Made by a program: the position numbers and the translations under genes. 64,000 nucleotides of DNA from Ascoidea asiatica JCM 7603 (Eukaryota; Fungi; Ascomycota), in the NCBI GenBank assembly GCA_001600695.1, contig BCKQ01000003.1, positions 966,654 to 1,030,653 of the forward strand, in the 5' to 3' direction. The notes beneath the pieces are model-generated. The model did no database searches. It saw only the letters and a list, made by a program, of their open reading frames with translations, and was not told where the DNA came from. Every line of letters begins with the position of its first letter. The stretch's first letter is position 1. This document shows, piece by piece, positions 60,459-64,000 of this stretch.

Positions 60459-63400
60459 TCATTAATGAATATACTCATTTTACTTTATTCTCAATATAGT
60501 AGAGAATATATTGAATTATTATTAATTGATTATTGTATAAGATTTGGTTCATTGGTATAATCAATATTCAATAGAATGAATATATTTTCCAATCAATTTT
60601 AGTTATATTATTAAATTTATCTATAAATCTAATCACATTTCATTTCATTTGATACAAAAATTTATTCATTTATTCTATTGAACTATCAGTTATTCATTCA
60701 AATTATTCATTGAAGTGTTAAGTATTTTGTACTTCAAAATATAAATAATAAACGCTTAATCAGTACTTCCTATGTTACCATAGTAATATATAATAAATAA
60801 ATAATCATATCACCACTTAACATAACATTAAATACTTTCCTCATTGAAATATTATTTAATTGTGAAATATATGTAAAGTTACTGTAGAGTTTCTGTAAGG
60901 GTATTATTTAAAAAAAAATTATTGAATTATTTAATTAAATTGAAAAATTAAGCTTAAAGATGCCCAATTGGGATTACGGGATCCGGCAGTAATAGCCGGT
61001 GAAGGTCGGTGAGAGTCGGTATAGGATAGGAAATAAGCGCAGGCAAGGCGACTGCTGACATAATCCGGAACCTTTTTTTCAGAAAAGGGTTCCGGCCTTA
61101 GCCGTGCACGGAGCCAGTTGAAACTGCGGAACACCCTCGGAACAAAAAAAAATAAAAGTATTACAGTCACGTGCTTATAAACACGTGAAGACATATTCTG
61201 CTAAGAGTTGTGTACCAAAGGGATGGGTGTCTTGGGCTGCAGTGCTTAAGTATGGAGTAAGAGTGCACAGTGGTTGTGTAAAGTTACAGTACAGAAACAG
61301 AGGCAGATAGGTAACAAAGTTAACTGTAAAGTTACTGCTAAATTCATTTCTCGTAATGTTATTATAAAATAAAAGTAATTTGAAAGTAATTTGAAAGTAA
61401 TCTGATAGCTTTTTGAAAGTATTCATCTTTAAAACTCGTATCAATCAATATCTTTTATTAATATTCAAATGTTCAATTTGGGTGATTGACTGCTTCAATT
61501 GAAGAAGAATATGAAAAATGAATTCAAAAATGATCAAAAAATGGCTTTGCTTTGTGTAATCTCATAATGGGTTATGGGTTTTCTGCTTTCATTTTTTATG
61601 ATTATACTGTATATTATTATTCCACTCTTACAATACTCAAAATAACTGGCCTATTGAATGAATTATTTCTAATCAATGCCAATCGTAATTAACTTAAAAG
61701 AAAAAATCGCCATATACCAAATACTAAAATATTTTAGTTCAGCTAATTTAGTCCATGAATAATATTTTGAGAACTATTTAAGATACTTTACCCTTTAATG
61801 TCAAATATATTCAAATACAATCACAATTACAAATACAATGGAAAGTAAAAGTAAAGGTCAAAGCGAGATTTGAAGTGAGAGTAAAAATGAATGTGAATAT
61901 CAATCTACACGACTATTACAGTTCCGTAATATTTCTCATGTTGATCTTTACTTTAATTTTTTATTTTATTTACCATTTCTTACCCAGTGCAATTGGTAAA
62001 ACTTTCCACTTTCCACTTTCTACTTTCCACTCTTCAAAGTTACTTCTCTATTATTTTAATCTCTTTCATTTAATGTACAGAAAAGGAGTACTATCGTTAT
62101 TTAAGACTAATTCTTTATTTATCTTTTAATTTCTTTTTCGGTTATAAATAAGGTTAATTTATATTAAAGCCTCAATATCAAATTTCTAGGAATTAAAATA
62201 CATCTTGATTTATAAAAAAAAAAACAAAAAAAAAAATTGATCGACGAGTATTATTTTTATTCTTCTTGATCTTCTTTTCTATCCTTGATCTTCAATTCAT
62301 TGAAATTGTTAATCATTGTTCTTTTCAATAACAATTTCGGAAAAAAAAAAAAAGGGAATAAAAAAATGGAAATCAAAACAAAAGTAAAAAAAAAAGAAAT
62401 CTAATCTGTTTACCTAATTTTACCGGCACTGTACAATAATAATTTATAAATTTACTTAATTATTAAAATATTTAACAAATGATTAAACTCAATCATTATG
62501 ACCAATCTTGTTCTGACAATACTGACCGTACATTTCTTTTGAATTCTACAGTTACATTTTTTTTTTCAAAGTAACGTAATTTTAATTACATCGTGCTAAT
62601 TATGAATAGCCAATCAAGTGAATTTGAATAAAATATATCTCATTCATTTCAATTCATTTCGATATATTCCAAATTATCTCACTTCATTTTTAAAAGGGGG
62701 TTCAACACAATATTCAAAAAAATAGGGGGGAATATAAAAAATAAAACAAAAATAAAACAAATGTAAAATCAAACATTAACGTTAACGTTATCAATACTGT
62801 ATGTAAAATGTACAATTTAATCCAAACGTAATACTTACTTATTATTTTTAATAATTTTGAAGAATAAAAATACTTTTAACAAATAAAAAATCTATAAATT
62901 TGACTATGGAATGGAATATAAAAAAAGGAAACAACAATAAGCACAACATCAAAAAAAATAAAAATAAAAATAAAAATAAAAATAAATAATACGGAACAAA
63001 ATGCAAAAAAAGAACAAAGCAAAACGATAAAAATAAATTTGAAACTGAAATTGAAAAGGAAATTGAACAAAAGGTAAAAACAAAACAAAATAGAAGAAAA
63101 GAAGTAAATCAGAAGAATATATAGAAGTAGAAACAGAAGCAATTGTAGAAATAGAAGAAAATAAAAATAAAAACAAATAGAAAAAGAAAAGCTAGACATA
63201 ATAAAACCCCCAAATTTGTAAATAGAACAGCGTAAACTAATTAAATTAAAATAATAATTATATGCTTATACAATACAATATTATATATTTCAATTAATTC
63301 ATTCATTTATAACTCATCCAGGCAAATTTTATTGAATCTTGGATCTTTCTTTCAGGAAATTGAAAAGGTCATCAGGAAAAACGTTAAAAAGTTTTTTTTT

Positions 63401-63470
63401 TTTTTTTACGTATTATATGTATACATTTGTAACAATTAACACTTAAAAACAAAAACTAAGAGAAAATGAA

Positions 63471-64000
63471 TCAAGAAATTGAAGATATCTGATAGTAATC
63501 AACTATAAAGCTAACCTTTTGAGAATATGAATAAGTATCATTTAATAAATAATTATGAAATATTATATTTGATTGAATTTCATTTGAAATTATAGCTAAA
63601 AAACTTTGTGGAATATCTTTATTTAAAATCATTTTCATTACTAAATCACTTGCAATTTTATAAAGTTCTCTACTTTGTTTTAATTGATTACTTAATGCTT
63701 CTAAAGTAGCTTCATATTTTTCTTTCAATTGTGAAGAATTTCCTGAATTTAAATTTGAAGTAAAATTAGGTTTAGATATTCTTGAATTATTTGGTGCTGT
63801 ATATTTTTCATGAATTATTCCAAGACTTGGACTTTGTGTAAAATCGGTCGAATAATAAGGATTAGAAAAATTAGTTATATCAGATTGAATATGTTGATTA
63901 TTTAATAAACTATTACTATTATTGTTATTACTGATATTATTATTATTATTATTATCCATATTACTAAAACTGTTCAATCCATTAGCAAAGGAATTAACCT
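63471..64000 (-). CDS. 3' end of an unidentified gene running off the right edge
   Basis: The frame stays open past the TTG at 63977 to the window end (VNSFANGLNSFSNM...). An Asn-rich segment precedes a helical C-terminal region, and a T-rich 3'UTR-like stretch follows. Confidence 0.7.
   Translation of the reverse strand, partial: VNSFANGLNSFSNMDNNNNNNISNNNNSNSLLNNQHIQSDITNFSNPYYSTDFTQSPSLGIIHEKYTAPNNSRISKPNFTSNLNSGNSSQLKEKYEATLEALSNQLKQSRELYKIASDLVMKMILNKDIPQSFLAIISNEIQSNIIFHNYLLNDTYSYSQKVSFIVDYYQISSIS

Noticed and set aside
6330-61187. RTCACRTG elements as CDEI of a point centromere
   Set aside because: There are many copies, mostly in promoter positions, and I found no CDEII/CDEIII arrangement. 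They are better explained as Cbf1 promoter sites.
839-63199. The many 60-205 aa ORFs in the track that overlap real genes, promoter islands or T-rich 3'UTRs (e.g. 27176-27793, 36325-36750, 62876-63199)
   Set aside because: They are antisense or alternative-frame shadows of low-complexity genes, or stop-poor GC islands. Many start at TTG/GTG, which yeasts do not normally use, and they show no motifs.
1-64000. Mobile elements, CRISPR arrays, rRNA or horizontally acquired clusters
   Set aside because: I saw no transposase, RT or integrase ORF, LTR pair, repeat-spacer array or rRNA-like sequence. The tandem repeats are simple microsatellites.

Overview
This window is nuclear DNA from an extremely AT-rich budding yeast (Saccharomycotina). 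The poly-Asn style and the CTG codon behaviour suggest an Ascoidea-like CUG-Ser lineage, but that is inference only. It carries ordinary single-copy genes: PUS7 (partial), AIM44/GPS1, TGS1, KIP2, DUS2/SMM1, TIM23, GSH1, NCW2, STB1, SWE1, LOA1, OCA2, SPS1 (with an intron the ORF track missed), a VIP36/UIP5-like lectin, HAP5, HEM13, IMG2, RSA4, a divergent SSK2/22, CTF18, an orphan 343-aa ORF, a YPQ PQ-loop transporter and a partial unknown gene, plus a tRNA-Cys(GCA). Gene names rest on recalled motifs and S. cerevisiae gene order, not on database searches. No mobile element or CRISPR array is visible. The best leads are: (1) an unannotated 44-aa stand-alone zinc-finger microprotein (C-x2-C-x3-N-x6-C-x2-C) at 31908-32042(-); (2) a GC-rich promoter-like island between two convergent genes, followed by a tiny CAAX-ending ORF that could be a pheromone; (3) CTG codons at positions that favour Ser; (4) a recurrent CAGTGCTG(G) motif and a CACGTG excess in GC-rich promoter islands; (5) an atypical SPS1 intron ending in AAG.
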